DNA of 63,594 nucleotides, filler included, from Candidatus Aminicenantales bacterium (GTDB taxonomy: Bacteria > Acidobacteriota > Aminicenantia > Aminicenantales > Saccharicenantaceae), in NCBI GenBank assembly GCA_049512315.1. It is 4 parts of 4 records of this genome, joined end to end, with 100 filler letters (N's around TTAATTAATTAA, not from the genome) between each part and the next. Parts side by side here need not be neighbours in the genome. Positions count along the whole stretch, not along the records: positions 20,268 to 36,312 come from JBEKXF010000048.1; 3 more parts are not named here. One strand, given 5' to 3'. The notes beneath the pieces are model-generated. The model made no database searches and was not told the origin of the DNA. It saw only the letters and a program-made list of their open reading frames with translations. Positions within the stretch are counted from its first letter, which is position 1. Each line of letters starts with the position of its first letter. A program made the translations under genes and the position numbers. Of this stretch, positions 21,780 to 32,216 are shown piece after piece.

Positions 21780-23921
21780 TTACTTCTTTTCGAGGTCCTC
21801 GACGATCTTTTTGATGTCCTCCTGTTTATCGTTCACTTTCAAGGAGGCTTTGTAGGCGTTCAAAGCCTGCTCCTTCTGATTAGTCTTGAGAAAGCAGGCG
21901 CCGAGAGCGTTGAGCGAGACCGGGTCGCTGTTATAGACCTTGTTGGCTTCGAGAAAGTTGAGGATGGCGCCGGAAAAATCGCCCTTGCCCATAGAGGCCA
22001 GACCCTTGATTTGGAAGTAATCGTACCGGCCTTGCTCGAAGCCCTTAAGGCTCTCGACGATAGTCAAAGCCTCGTCGAACTTATGCACCTTGAGCAGGAA
22101 GTGGGCGTATTCGCTAACGCCTTCCTTGTAGCCCGGGTTCATCGAAAATCCCTTGGTGTAGTACGCCTCGGCTTGGTCGCTGCTGTTCATTTTGTCGTTC
22201 TGGCGGGCCAGTTGGTAGTAGATGAGAAATCTGTTCGACAGGGAGAAGCCTTTTGCTTTAGCGATCGGATGAGCGATGACCTTATCCGGCGAAATGACGA
22301 ATTGCGTGCTCTTCTCGTCGAGGACCTTCCCGTCTGCCCCCACTAGGCTCAGCGTGAGTTCGTAATAATCCGGGACGTAGTCCTCTGCAGCGATTGTCTC
22401 GGTCAAACACAACACCTTGCTATAGGGGGAGTCGGCCAGTCGCATCAAATGCTTTTTAACCAGCGGGGTCTTGCTCAGGCCCTTGATGTTCAGCTGGACC
22501 TCGCCGTTCTGCCAAAGATCCTCGGGCAGGTTTGCAACGGAAAACATGACATCGATTTCATCGCTGGTTCCGAAGGCCATCTTGGGATCAATGATCAATT
22601 TCCGCTCTAGGGTTTTGAAGGGGATAAGGATATCATTCTGGAAGGTTTTCACATTATAGCCCAGGATGGGACCGTTGAGATAGGGAGGGCCGCCCGCCTT
22701 CGGAACGATGATGGGTCTTTCGAAGACTGTGAACTCCTTGGCCACGGAATTCTGGACCAGGACAGTCAGCTTGTACTGCCCTTCGCTAACGGGGAAGGCA
22801 TCCTCCAAGGAGATTCCGTTCTGGCGAACCCGCTCGATCTCGGACGAAGGGAAGTAGAGGGCAAATTCCCTGGAATACTGATAGACGACCTTCTCGCTGC
22901 GGCGCAGGCTGACGTCAACCTTGAAATTGCAATAATACTGATCCTTAGGGGCATAAAAATCCAGGGACAACTTCTGAGGAAAGATAGAAAAATGGACGAA
23001 GGACAGGTCGAGGCTGGGGTCCCGGATGACGGTCACCAGGCCGTCGCTTTCGATGTAATTCGTCATGTATTCCGTACTAACCAGAGCCTTATAATCGAAA
23101 AAGTGCGTGGCATAAGTCGGATTGAGGTCCTTGAAGGGCGACTGGAATATGTCTGCGAGTAGCTCCGTGCTCCGAGAAGTAGGCTGGAAGCCGTAACCGA
23201 ACTCGCCCGGAATGAGCGAGATCGATATATCGGCCAGTGCCGGAGCGAGCTTCTGGATGGTGTCATGAAGGGTTTCGTAGTCGGTCGGGTCCAACGTACG
23301 GAAGCTGGCCATGGGCTCGATCAGCGATTTGGGCCCGTCCACGAACGGGTCGTACAACTTATAACCCCCGCCGCCGTTTTCTTGATAGAAGATTAGCCCG
23401 AAATGGGTAGGAAGATTCTTGGTTCCATCGGTGTAGTAGTACCAGACTTCGCAGGGGACTATCCCCGATGTCCCCGGATAGCGGTCGTAGCTGTTCGGCT
23501 CGCCCAAGATCATATAAATTCTCCCGCGGTCGGTCATCCAGCCACGTCGCCCAGCCATGAACCTTTTATTGACATAATTGAACCGTCGCGTGATTTCTTC
23601 CTTGTACTCGTTTTCGGGTGTGTCCGGAGTCGGGTCGCGGACTTTCCAGAAGTCCTCGATGAAGATGTCTCGGTCGCGGTTAGTCATCAGTTCGAGGAAA
23701 ACTTCTTTTTCCTTGGGGCTGATGGTGTATGTGACGAGCTTGAGAAAATCCTGATAGATCGGGTCGAGACTTTTAGCATCGGTCATCTGCCGTTTGCTTG
23801 CCGTCTTGGGCTTGGAGGAAGGGGCTGTTTGCTTTTGAATCGCGTACGGGCCCGTGGCTGCGACGAGCGCCAGGCCAAAGATCAGGGTCAGCATGCGTTT
23901 TTGCACAGTGCTAAACCTCAC
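21780..23921 (-). CDS. GWxTD domain-containing protein with TPR repeats, exported
   Basis: Signal peptide; FWKVRDPTPDTPENEYKEE...GWMTDRGRIYMILGEP; promoter TTGACA-17-TATATT at 24006-23978. Confidence 0.9.
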   Translation of the reverse strand: MRFSTVQKRMLTLIFGLALVAATGPYAIQKQTAPSSKPKTASKRQMTDAKSLDPIYQDFLKLVTYTISPKEKEVFLELMTNRDRDIFIEDFWKVRDPTPDTPENEYKEEITRRFNYVNKRFMAGRRGWMTDRGRIYMILGEPNSYDRYPGTSGIVPCEVWYYYTDGTKNLPTHFGLIFYQENGGGGYKLYDPFVDGPKSLIEPMASFRTLDPTDYETLHDTIQKLAPALADISISLIPGEFGYGFQPTSRSTELLADIFQSPFKDLNPTYATHFFDYKALVSTEYMTNYIESDGLVTVIRDPSLDLSFVHFSIFPQKLSLDFYAPKDQYYCNFKVDVSLRRSEKVVYQYSREFALYFPSSEIERVRQNGISLEDAFPVSEGQYKLTVLVQNSVAKEFTVFERPIIVPKAGGPPYLNGPILGYNVKTFQNDILIPFKTLERKLIIDPKMAFGTSDEIDVMFSVANLPEDLWQNGEVQLNIKGLSKTPLVKKHLMRLADSPYSKVLCLTETIAAEDYVPDYYELTLSLVGADGKVLDEKSTQFVISPDKVIAHPIAKAKGFSLSNRFLIYYQLARQNDKMNSSDQAEAYYTKGFSMNPGYKEGVSEYAHFLLKVHKFDEALTIVESLKGFEQGRYDYFQIKGLASMGKGDFSGAILNFLEANKVYNSDPVSLNALGACFLKTNQKEQALNAYKASLKVNDKQEDIKKIVEDLEKK

Positions 23922-24099
23922 GAGAAATTAGCTTCTCTTGAGAAAAGCAAAAAATTCCTATTCTTGAATACATCGGCAATATATCGTTGCCGTGCGGCGA
24001 TGTCAACGAACTCCGCAATTATCAAGACGGCCTGCTTAATGACGCGAGAAGAAGGACCGAAGACGGCAGCGGCATAGATGCTCGCGGAGCCCGTGCTTG

Positions 24100-24328
24100 A
24101 ACTAGAAGACGATAAGCAGTGTCTTGGGAATGACAAAGATCCTTTGGCGATGAGGGATATCGAGGCGCAGCGTCTCTTCCAACTCGTCTGCGATGATCAG
24201 GTCGGCCTTCTGCAGTCCGGCCCTGGCAGCCACGCTGCCGACGGGCGCATCCGGCAGTAGCAGCCCAATTTGCTATTCAGGCCGCAGGCGGAGCGTACGT
24301 CCAGGCTTCCGATGTTGCGTGCCTTCGA
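24100..24328 (-). pseudogene. Decayed PDZ-like domain continuing past the GH29 stop codon
   Basis: In frame after TAA: SKARNIGSLDVRSACGLNSKLG; after a frameshift: LLPDAPVGSVAARAGLQKADLII. Confidence 0.55.
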
Positions 24329-25894
24329 TTACCAGAGAAGTTTGGCCGCTGGCTTGAGTTTTGGCATTGCCCCGGAGAACGTCAGTTTGATCGGGTAGGC
24401 ACAACAGGCATACGGTGCTTTGGCCGGAAAAAAAATCTCCAGGGCCTCGATATTCTGATCGTAGGCCAATTTATCCAGCGCCCCAACCAGCGATACCCTT
24501 TCCAGGCGTTTCAGGTCGATGCGGGATTTGTTGAGAGTCTTGATTTTAACCGTAGCTCCATCGCCGGGCCACCCCATAACCGTGGCATACAAAACGGTAT
24601 TTTCCTTGTTTCGAGTAAAGCGTATGTCCTGCGGCGTGAGGGCAGCTATGCCGTTGATCCCTGTTTGGCCCTCGCCGAAGGAATCCCAGGGCCGCGTCGA
24701 GAAGATGGCTTCTCCAATGATAGCCAGCCACCTCCCCATATCGCTTAGCATGGTCATGGTCTCCTGTTCCAGCTCGCCATCGGGCGTAAGCGGCACATTC
24801 AAGAGCAGATTGCCGTTCTTGCTGACGACGTCAATCAGGGTATGCACAACTTCATTGGCCTTCTTGTAGTTCCGAGTGCTATTGCGCAACCAGTACCAGT
24901 CGGCACCCATGGTCTTATCTGTCTGCCAAACGAACGGCTTGATTGTGTCGGGATATTCAAACTCATAATTCTCGACGCCGATATTGGCACCCTTAAACGT
25001 GGCCACAGCCAGCAATTGGCCGCCATTCCACTTCTGGCTTTCGTTGTATAAATGCGAGACGATGTTATAGCCCGCTTTCTTAAAAGGTGGCCCGCCGTCG
25101 GTGTAGTAGAGATCAGGGTGATACTTATCGATCAAATCTCTCATCCGGTTCTCAAACTGTTTCTCGAACTCCGGCGGCCCCACATCTCCGTTCCCTTCGT
25201 ACCCGGGGTTGTCGCTATTCCACGGCACCCCGTAAAGATCTGCGTATTCCGGATTCTGGCCATCGTACGGAACCCCGGCGAGCGGCCCTGTCTTGTCAGA
25301 CCCATGCGATGTCTGGAGCCACCGGTAAGATCTGGCGACGTGGGAAGCAACGCCCAAATGCAACCCACTTTTTACAATGGCTTTTTGCCACATCCCAACA
25401 ACGTCCTTGCCAGAGGTGGCGATGGAATTAAACCGGGGCTGGTATTTTGAATCCCACATATCGAAATTGTCATGGTGAGCCGCAACGGGAACGATGTAGC
25501 GAGCGCCGGCCTGCTTGTAAAGCCTGACCAATCGGTCCGCCTGGGCCTGATCAAATTTGGGTGCCTTAAAGAGCTTGCAAATATCTTTGTAGCCGAACTT
25601 AGAGGGATGTCCATATGTGGCACAATGATACTTATAGGCCTCACTGCCCTGTTGATACATCCACCGGGCGTACCAAGTGGTGGCAACGCCGGGGATGCTT
25701 TGCGGGCCCCAATGCATGAAGATTCCGAGCTTGGCATCCTGGAACCATTCGGGCACCGGATACTTCTGGAGGGATTCAACAGTCGGCTCGTAATGGATTA
25801 TGGCCAGGGCGACCGGATCAGCCGTCAGACCCATCTCCAGGCTTGCTAGTCCAACCGTCGCTGCCGCCGCGATCATCATGGCGAAACGTTTCAT
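24329..25894 (-). CDS. Alpha-L-fucosidase (GH29), exported
   Basis: PEWFQDAKLGIFMHWG, HHDNF, YYTDGG, DVVSKNGNLLLNVP, GEAIFSTRPW. Confidence 0.93.
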   Translation of the reverse strand: MKRFAMMIAAAATVGLASLEMGLTADPVALAIIHYEPTVESLQKYPVPEWFQDAKLGIFMHWGPQSIPGVATTWYARWMYQQGSEAYKYHCATYGHPSKFGYKDICKLFKAPKFDQAQADRLVRLYKQAGARYIVPVAAHHDNFDMWDSKYQPRFNSIATSGKDVVGMWQKAIVKSGLHLGVASHVARSYRWLQTSHGSDKTGPLAGVPYDGQNPEYADLYGVPWNSDNPGYEGNGDVGPPEFEKQFENRMRDLIDKYHPDLYYTDGGPPFKKAGYNIVSHLYNESQKWNGGQLLAVATFKGANIGVENYEFEYPDTIKPFVWQTDKTMGADWYWLRNSTRNYKKANEVVHTLIDVVSKNGNLLLNVPLTPDGELEQETMTMLSDMGRWLAIIGEAIFSTRPWDSFGEGQTGINGIAALTPQDIRFTRNKENTVLYATVMGWPGDGATVKIKTLNKSRIDLKRLERVSLVGALDKLAYDQNIEALEIFFPAKAPYACCAYPIKLTFSGAMPKLKPAAKLLW

Positions 25895-25968
25895 GTCATA
25901 TCTCCTAATTTCTGGTAACAGATCGACAAAGCTTAGCGGCGCGGCTTATCCGAGTCAGCTTCCGCGCT

Positions 25969-27144
25969 CTAGTGGCTGCCATGACTCGACACACCAATCG
26001 GCCTGCTCGTAATAAGACCGATGCCACGCCCCTTGTTCCCGACAGCGCAATAGTACATGTAGAATGTGGCGTTGGCGGCATTGTAGATCAGCGATATTTT
26101 GTGTGCATAAGTTTTGTCCAACCCTCCCGGATGGCCTCCCGCCCGATAAAGCGGTTCCGGGTGCGCGCTCCAGTGTTGCAGGTCGCGCGAGAATGCCGCC
26201 ATGATATGCGCCCCGCCTTTGCCCACGCCGAAGTAGAACATCACCCAGTGGTCACCGTCCCGAAACACCTTGCCGTCGGAGCAGAATCTCTGGTCATAGC
26301 CCCCTGGGCGAACGCGGACGACGGGGTTGCCCTCATATCGTTTCCAATTCAGCAGATCTTTGGAAGTGGCCATGCCCATCTGTTCGATCCAATCGGGCAT
26401 GTGCTTGGCATTGTAGAAGTTGTAGAACTGACCATTACCCTCCACCAGCCAGGGCTGATAGATGCAATCCTTCTCCCAATCTCCGACTTCGGGCTCGTGA
26501 ACCGACAGAATATATTTCTCCTGAGCCCGTTTCCAAGTCAAACCATCCTCGCTGCTGGCCACGCCTTCGTAACCGGGGTCCATCTCATAGCCGCCTTGCT
26601 TGGCGTAGCAGGCATAAAGCGTCCAGAACTTTCCCTCGCGCTTTTTGAGCAATCGCGGCGCCTTGATTTCGTACGATTCGTAAAGGAACGCTCCGACCAC
26701 GCAGCCGCCGAAGTCAAAATCGGCTTGTTTACCGAAGCCCATAGCCAGGCGCGGATGGGACCAGCGAACCAGGTCCGTGCTTTCCGCCACGAAAGAGTTG
26801 TAACCCTTCCCGTTGAAGGCAATAAAGCTCATGTACCAAATGCCTGTGTGACCGGGCAACTGGTACACACAAGGCACGTCTGTATCCTTGAAATCCTCGT
26901 GCCCGGGAATCTTCGGCTCGGCGGGGATCACGTGATCCGGCCAATAGTGCCAATGGCGGTACGGAGCCGACCACTGATCCATTGTCGCCCTGTCTATTGC
27001 AGTATTAGATTCTGCCATTTTCTCTACGCCTGGTGCCTTGAACCAAAGCAACATGAAAATGAGCCCTACGCATGCGATCGGTACCGCCAAGATCCAATTA
27101 GTCATCCCTTCTCTCCTTGTCGGAGCCTGCTCAATTTCTCCCAT
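25969..27144 (-). CDS. Five-bladed beta-propeller glycoside hydrolase (GH32/43/117/130-like superfamily)
   Basis: Repeated S.DL..W blades (STDLVRW, SEDGLTW, SKDLLNW, SRDLQHW); YEGNPVV; N-terminal TM segment. Confidence 0.75.
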   Translation of the reverse strand: MGEIEQAPTRREGMTNWILAVPIACVGLIFMLLWFKAPGVEKMAESNTAIDRATMDQWSAPYRHWHYWPDHVIPAEPKIPGHEDFKDTDVPCVYQLPGHTGIWYMSFIAFNGKGYNSFVAESTDLVRWSHPRLAMGFGKQADFDFGGCVVGAFLYESYEIKAPRLLKKREGKFWTLYACYAKQGGYEMDPGYEGVASSEDGLTWKRAQEKYILSVHEPEVGDWEKDCIYQPWLVEGNGQFYNFYNAKHMPDWIEQMGMATSKDLLNWKRYEGNPVVRVRPGGYDQRFCSDGKVFRDGDHWVMFYFGVGKGGAHIMAAFSRDLQHWSAHPEPLYRAGGHPGGLDKTYAHKISLIYNAANATFYMYYCAVGNKGRGIGLITSRPIGVSSHGSH

Positions 27145-27238
27145 ATAGAAGGCCCCAATGGGGGCGTTATAAAACGTGAGCGTGGCGATCCCACTATAGC
27201 CTCGATGATCGATCGCATTTCCTTTTTCTTGGTTGCGG

Positions 27239-27433
27239 TCACTTTATCCCGGCCAAGTCGCGCAGTTCCTGAACACCCGATACTCGGTCGCCTTCGCCAA
27301 GACTCCGGTGCTTATCCATGTTCGACCGGCCAGCTGGGGTATATGCCTTCAAGCGGCCTTCGCATTGCGCCCCCCATGCCTGTCCCACCGCCATCAAACC
27401 TATTCCCGTAATAATCATCGTCTTCATCATATT
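27239..27433 (-). pseudogene. Short signal-peptide-bearing ORF, probably a remnant of a secreted protein gene
   Basis: MMKTMIITGIGLMAVGQAWGA signal-like start with only about 40 further residues; lies inside the GH cluster. Confidence 0.3.
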
Positions 27434-27491
27434 TTCGTTTTTTTCAACAGGAGCGCTGCCCATGATTTTGATCTTACCCCTTCGACTTCGT

Positions 27492-30278
27492 TCAGGGCGA
27501 CCCCAACGGGGTCATTACCGACTGGAACTGATAACAACCCGATCCGACCTCATATACGGCCGTACCATTTTCCATGCGCAGGAATTTCACACCGTCAACC
27601 ATGCCGGTTGGCTTGCCGGACTCCGTCACTGCGGCAGCATCCTTCGCCGGGACATACAAGGTCGCTGTGGTATTGATAGGAATTGTGACGTCCATCGTCA
27701 ATCTATCGCCCTCTCGCTTCCAATTGCTAACAATGCGGCCATGGATCGAGTCATAGCCGAACTTGACCCATGTCAGATTGCCGATGACCGCGGGCTTGAT
27801 GATGATCTTCTTGAAGCCGGGTTCCGATTCATCGGGGCGGATGCCAGCCAAACCCTGGTAGAACCAGCCTCCTGGGCTGGTAAAGCAGGAGTGAATCTGG
27901 GACCAATACCCATTCCACTGCTCCCAGAACGTGGTTGCTCCCTGCGTCAGCATGTAGCCCCACCCCGGATAGGTCTTCTGGTTGAAGATGGTATAGAGAA
28001 GATCGTCGCGTCCGGCTTCCTGAAGGTATTGAATGAGAAAGTAGGTGCCGAGCATACCAGTGTCGAGGTGCCCCTTGTTCTTCACCAGGATGCCGTCTTC
28101 GAGTTTCTTCAGAATGGTTTCACGCAAGTCATCAGGGACAATCCCGGCCATCAGCGGCATCACCTGGTACGATTGCTCATCAAGAACATAGATCTGCTTC
28201 TGCGCATCGTAGAAGGCAGCATGGATGAGCGGCCTGATTTCTTTGATCCTGATCTGGTAGCCCTGCGCCTCTTGCGTTCGGCCGAGGATGGCCGCCGCCT
28301 TGGCCAGATGGTCCAGGAGATAAACGCGATAGCAGTTGTTGAAAACTTCCTCGGCCGGTGTTGGCGGCCAGTTGTCGGTATCAAGGCCGCGGCCGGGAGG
28401 AACCCAGTCGCCCAAGAAGTCCCACATACCGCCATAGTGTCGTAGAATGCTATTCGTGCATTTGGTATCGAGCCACCTGGTGTAGCGCTTCATCGGTTCG
28501 TAAGCTCGTTCCAGAAGCCTGCGGTCGGCATAGTAGAGGTAGACTTTCCAGGGCAACACGCATCCGGCGCCGCCCCACGGTGGTTGACAGCTTTCATCGA
28601 TATTCGGCGCCGCGTGGGCAAATTTTCCGGTCAACGGATTCTGCACGTCCAGCCAATCAATGGCCCACTTTCCGTAAAAGGCCGCGGCGTTTCGGTTCAT
28701 GACCTGCGATTCGATTGACACCTGGCCATCACCGTATCCCACCCGCTCCCGGTGGGGACAATCCACCATGTAGCCGCCCAGGCTCAGACAGCGGATCGTC
28801 CACAGGTTGACCTGGTGTATCCGATTAAATAGGTCGTTGGAGCACTCGAAGGTCCCGGCTGTTTTAAGGTCCGATTCGATCAGCAGCGCCTCGGCATCGC
28901 CGGGCGCCGGCCTGGCAGGCAGACCCTCGACAATGACGTACCGGAAGCCGCGGTAGTTAAACTTGGAGCAGAACTGCTCCCCGGACTTTCCAGCCGATAT
29001 GAATTCATCGACCTGTCCGTAAGTCTGGTAGCAGACCGGCCCTTGGGCCGTGTCGAATTTCCATGGAAACATGGGCTTGATCCGGCCAGCCGGCGTGTCA
29101 TCCCCCTCGGCGGTCTGGAACCGTTTGTCCGCATAGTGCATTACCACGCGTTTTCCGGACTCGAGCCGCGGCAGGCGGAGTCGCAGCCAGCCAGTTAGGT
29201 TTGTGCCAAAATCCAGCTCCCAAGCATTCGGACCCAGGGCAGTGCAAGCTGCCAGGGGAATGACCTGTGCGATGCGGTTCGGGGGGCAAGACTGCGCCGT
29301 CACTACGCAGCTTGGTACAGCAATCTCCTCCACGGGAACCCATTCGCCGACCGTGCATTCGGGCTCACTCCATCCCGCGATCTCGCGGCGGGCATCAATG
29401 CATTCGCTGCCATTAGCATTCCACTCCCACTTGTGGAGTTCGGCATACGAGCTAGGCATGAAGGTCCACGTGCGGTCCGTCCCAATGGTCACCCTTTGCC
29501 CGCCAACAGACATGTCGAGCTGAACCCGGGCGATTGGCCCCGGCCAATTCCAGCCCGTACCAAGCCACAACCCAATACAATTGCGACCCCTACGCAAGAA
29601 CTTGTTTATGTCATAAGTTTTGTAGAACGAACGCCGCGCGCGAACGGACACGGCTGGCGAGAGAACCTCGTCACTCACTTTCTGTCCGTTCACGTACAAC
29701 TCGTAGTAACCCAACACATTCACAAAAACCATCGCTCGGCCGGGTGCAGACGCAAGGGTGAAAACCTTGCGCACCCATGGCGCAGTCGCAATATTCTTCT
29801 TGGTCGTAGCCACCGGTCTGATCCAGACTGCCTGCCAGTCCTGTGGGGCAAGCAAGCCCATGGACCATAGGGCTGGGTTACTCCAATCCGTCGCTTCCCC
29901 CTTCTTATCCCATACGCGCACTTTCCAATGGCAATCCATCTGCGACACCAATGACTTGCCTTGATACTCAACTTGGATGCTTTGGTCCGATGCCACTTTC
30001 CCACTGTCCCAAAGATCGCCTTTGTCTTTTTTCAGCGGTTCTTCAGAACTCGCCACCAGAATCTGATATGCCGTCTGCTTCTGCCCTCTGTCCTCTGTAT
30101 TCTGATTTCTGCTCTCTATCTTCCACGAAAGTCTCGGCTTCACCACATCGATACCCAGCGGATTTTCCCGGTACTCACACCGGAGCTGCACGGGAACCAC
30201 ATCTGGCTTCCCGAGCCCTGTCAGCGCCATAGGACCCAGCAATAATCCCATCGCCATCAAAATTATCTTTTTCTTCAT
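27492..30278 (-). CDS. Alpha-L-rhamnosidase (GH78), exported
   Basis: LRCEYRENPLGID, LWDSGKV, DFGTNLTGW, DCPHRERVGY, GATTFWEQW, GWFYQGLAGI. Confidence 0.92.
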   Translation of the reverse strand: MKKKIILMAMGLLLGPMALTGLGKPDVVPVQLRCEYRENPLGIDVVKPRLSWKIESRNQNTEDRGQKQTAYQILVASSEEPLKKDKGDLWDSGKVASDQSIQVEYQGKSLVSQMDCHWKVRVWDKKGEATDWSNPALWSMGLLAPQDWQAVWIRPVATTKKNIATAPWVRKVFTLASAPGRAMVFVNVLGYYELYVNGQKVSDEVLSPAVSVRARRSFYKTYDINKFLRRGRNCIGLWLGTGWNWPGPIARVQLDMSVGGQRVTIGTDRTWTFMPSSYAELHKWEWNANGSECIDARREIAGWSEPECTVGEWVPVEEIAVPSCVVTAQSCPPNRIAQVIPLAACTALGPNAWELDFGTNLTGWLRLRLPRLESGKRVVMHYADKRFQTAEGDDTPAGRIKPMFPWKFDTAQGPVCYQTYGQVDEFISAGKSGEQFCSKFNYRGFRYVIVEGLPARPAPGDAEALLIESDLKTAGTFECSNDLFNRIHQVNLWTIRCLSLGGYMVDCPHRERVGYGDGQVSIESQVMNRNAAAFYGKWAIDWLDVQNPLTGKFAHAAPNIDESCQPPWGGAGCVLPWKVYLYYADRRLLERAYEPMKRYTRWLDTKCTNSILRHYGGMWDFLGDWVPPGRGLDTDNWPPTPAEEVFNNCYRVYLLDHLAKAAAILGRTQEAQGYQIRIKEIRPLIHAAFYDAQKQIYVLDEQSYQVMPLMAGIVPDDLRETILKKLEDGILVKNKGHLDTGMLGTYFLIQYLQEAGRDDLLYTIFNQKTYPGWGYMLTQGATTFWEQWNGYWSQIHSCFTSPGGWFYQGLAGIRPDESEPGFKKIIIKPAVIGNLTWVKFGYDSIHGRIVSNWKREGDRLTMDVTIPINTTATLYVPAKDAAAVTESGKPTGMVDGVKFLRMENGTAVYEVGSGCYQFQSVMTPLGSP

Positions 30279-30305
30279 AACACTTCCATCTCCATAATGC
30301 GCTTG

Positions 30306-31943
30306 TTACTGGTCGGAAATGGCTTGACCAAAGTCGATCCTGAAGGCCACTGCGTGCTCGCAGGGTAGATCCTGTGGAATATTGATAACAAGCGCATCGC
30401 TTTCCTGCACCCAGACCAGTTCCTGTTTCGAGCCCAGTCGTTTCACATGTGTTACAGGTTTGTCGGCCAGGTTTGAAGTCTTGCCGAGCGATGCTATCTT
30501 CACTGCCCCCTGCGGGACCGCAAGAACGAGTGCATAAAGCGTATCGCCCTTCGACGTAAAGCGGATGGCGGGCTTCGACCCCTCGCCGAAAACTTTCCAA
30601 GGCCGCGTGCCATAGATTGCTTCGCCGTTTTCCTTCAGCCATCGCCCGATGCCCAGCAATGTGTCTCGCTGTTTTCGCGAGATAGTGCCGTCAGGGTGTG
30701 GCCCGACGTTCAGCATCATTCACCCGTTCTTGCTGACGATATCAGCCAGTATCTGCACGAGTTCGGTGGTCGAGAAGGAGTTGGCATCTCCCGCGTCGTA
30801 AAACCAGAAGTTGCGCCCCACCGACGTGTCGGACAGCCAAGGCATCTGCAGAATTTCGTTGGCGCCACCGCGCTCGAAATCCAGTACCGCGATTCCCTGG
30901 GGCAGTTCATTGCCCTTGTAGGTGAGAACCACCTCGCGCTTTTCTTCCGCAGCACGGTTGTAAAAGTGGGTCACCATGCTCAGCCGCACGGGCTCGGGAA
31001 TATGTTCCATGGCGGCATCATGCCAGAGAAGGTCCACCTTGTATTTGTCCACCAGCTCCACGCACTTCGCCAGCCATTCACGGATGAAGCGCTCGCTCGG
31101 TGGCACCCACTGAACATCGCACCAGTCTTTGCTTAGATCCGCGTCGGCCAGCGCGTGCGGCTCGCCGTATAGGTCGGAATACTGCGGATCCTTGGCGTCG
31201 TATGCAAAAGCGGGCTCGTAATAGTACCATGTCATAGCATGGTGCATGGCGGCAACAAACTTCATTCCACGCTTGTGGATGGCCTGCTCAAGTTCGCCCG
31301 TGAGATCGCGCTTGGGGCCCATCTTCGCCGCGTTCCAGCGCGTGACCTGGCTGTCCCACATGGCGAAATTGTCGTGATGAATCACCACCGTGCCGGCGAA
31401 CTTCGCACCCGATTTGGCGAACAAGTCCGCCCATTCATCGGCATTGAACCGCTCCGCCTTGAACAGCCGGATGATATCCTTGAATCCGAACATCGCCTGA
31501 TCCCCAAAATTTTTAATATGGTCCTCAAACGTCGTCCTGCTGGGAATGCCCCCGTGGTATTTCGGACCGGAGAGTCCCGGGATATACATGTAGCGGCCGT
31601 ACCAGGTGTCGCTATGCCCGGCGTGCTGTCGCGCTGTGCCGACTGCCACCGGCCCCCAATGGGTGTAGATTCCGAACTTGGCATCGCGAAACCAGTCAGG
31701 AGTCTGATGCTGAATGAGTGACGAGACCGTCGGCTCAAAGGGCCCCTTTGCGATCTTCTGTAACGAGTTCGTTTTCGCACCTCCGGCAGTCTGTGCCCCA
31801 ATGACACACATTGCCGCGCCGCCAACCAGTACGGCTACCGCCGGGAACAGGCGCAGTATCCCGGACCGTAATTTAGCCTCACCAACCAAGAATTTTGTTC
31901 CGGCGATGACATCTGCGATATGTATATCAATCATTTTCTTCAT
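30306..31943 (-). pseudogene. Alpha-L-fucosidase (GH29) split by a single in-frame TGA at 30720-30722
   Basis: PDWFRDAKFGIYTHWG...HHDNF...DIVSKNG-TGA-MMLNVGPHPDG...GEAIYGTRPW; both ORFs share one frame; likely ATG at 31943. Confidence 0.85.
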
Positions 31944-32216
31944 AATGCTGTTTCTTCCCTCCAGGGGTTCTGCCCCCGGCATTGATTTTGCACGCCCTCA
32001 GCATGCCGACCCTAAGCGGGTCGAAGAACTCAGCACAAGGCGACGTCCTGGGAAAAATGATAGTATCTGCGGCCGAAGATTGTGTCAACAGCTTCAAAAA
32101 GGACTCGGGCCCAATTGACATCGCTACGAGATCGGCGTATTTTTTTAGCGATTACGCGGAAAAAGAAATTTATTTTTCGGGGTCCCAAATCTTCATAAAG
32201 GAGAAAGGAGAGAATT

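Noticed and set aside
21138..21780. Small ORFs around the 5S relic
   Set aside because: No recognisable domains, and some overlap the rRNA-derived sequence.
27477..27500. CCCCTTCGACTTCGTTCAGGGCGA, resembling a REP-like half repeat
   Set aside because: Only one copy found in the window, with no partner arm.
30720..30722. Alternative genetic code (TGA as Trp or Gly)
   Set aside because: Many conserved genes here, including rnc, pyrC and ribF, end at TGA, and prfB is present.
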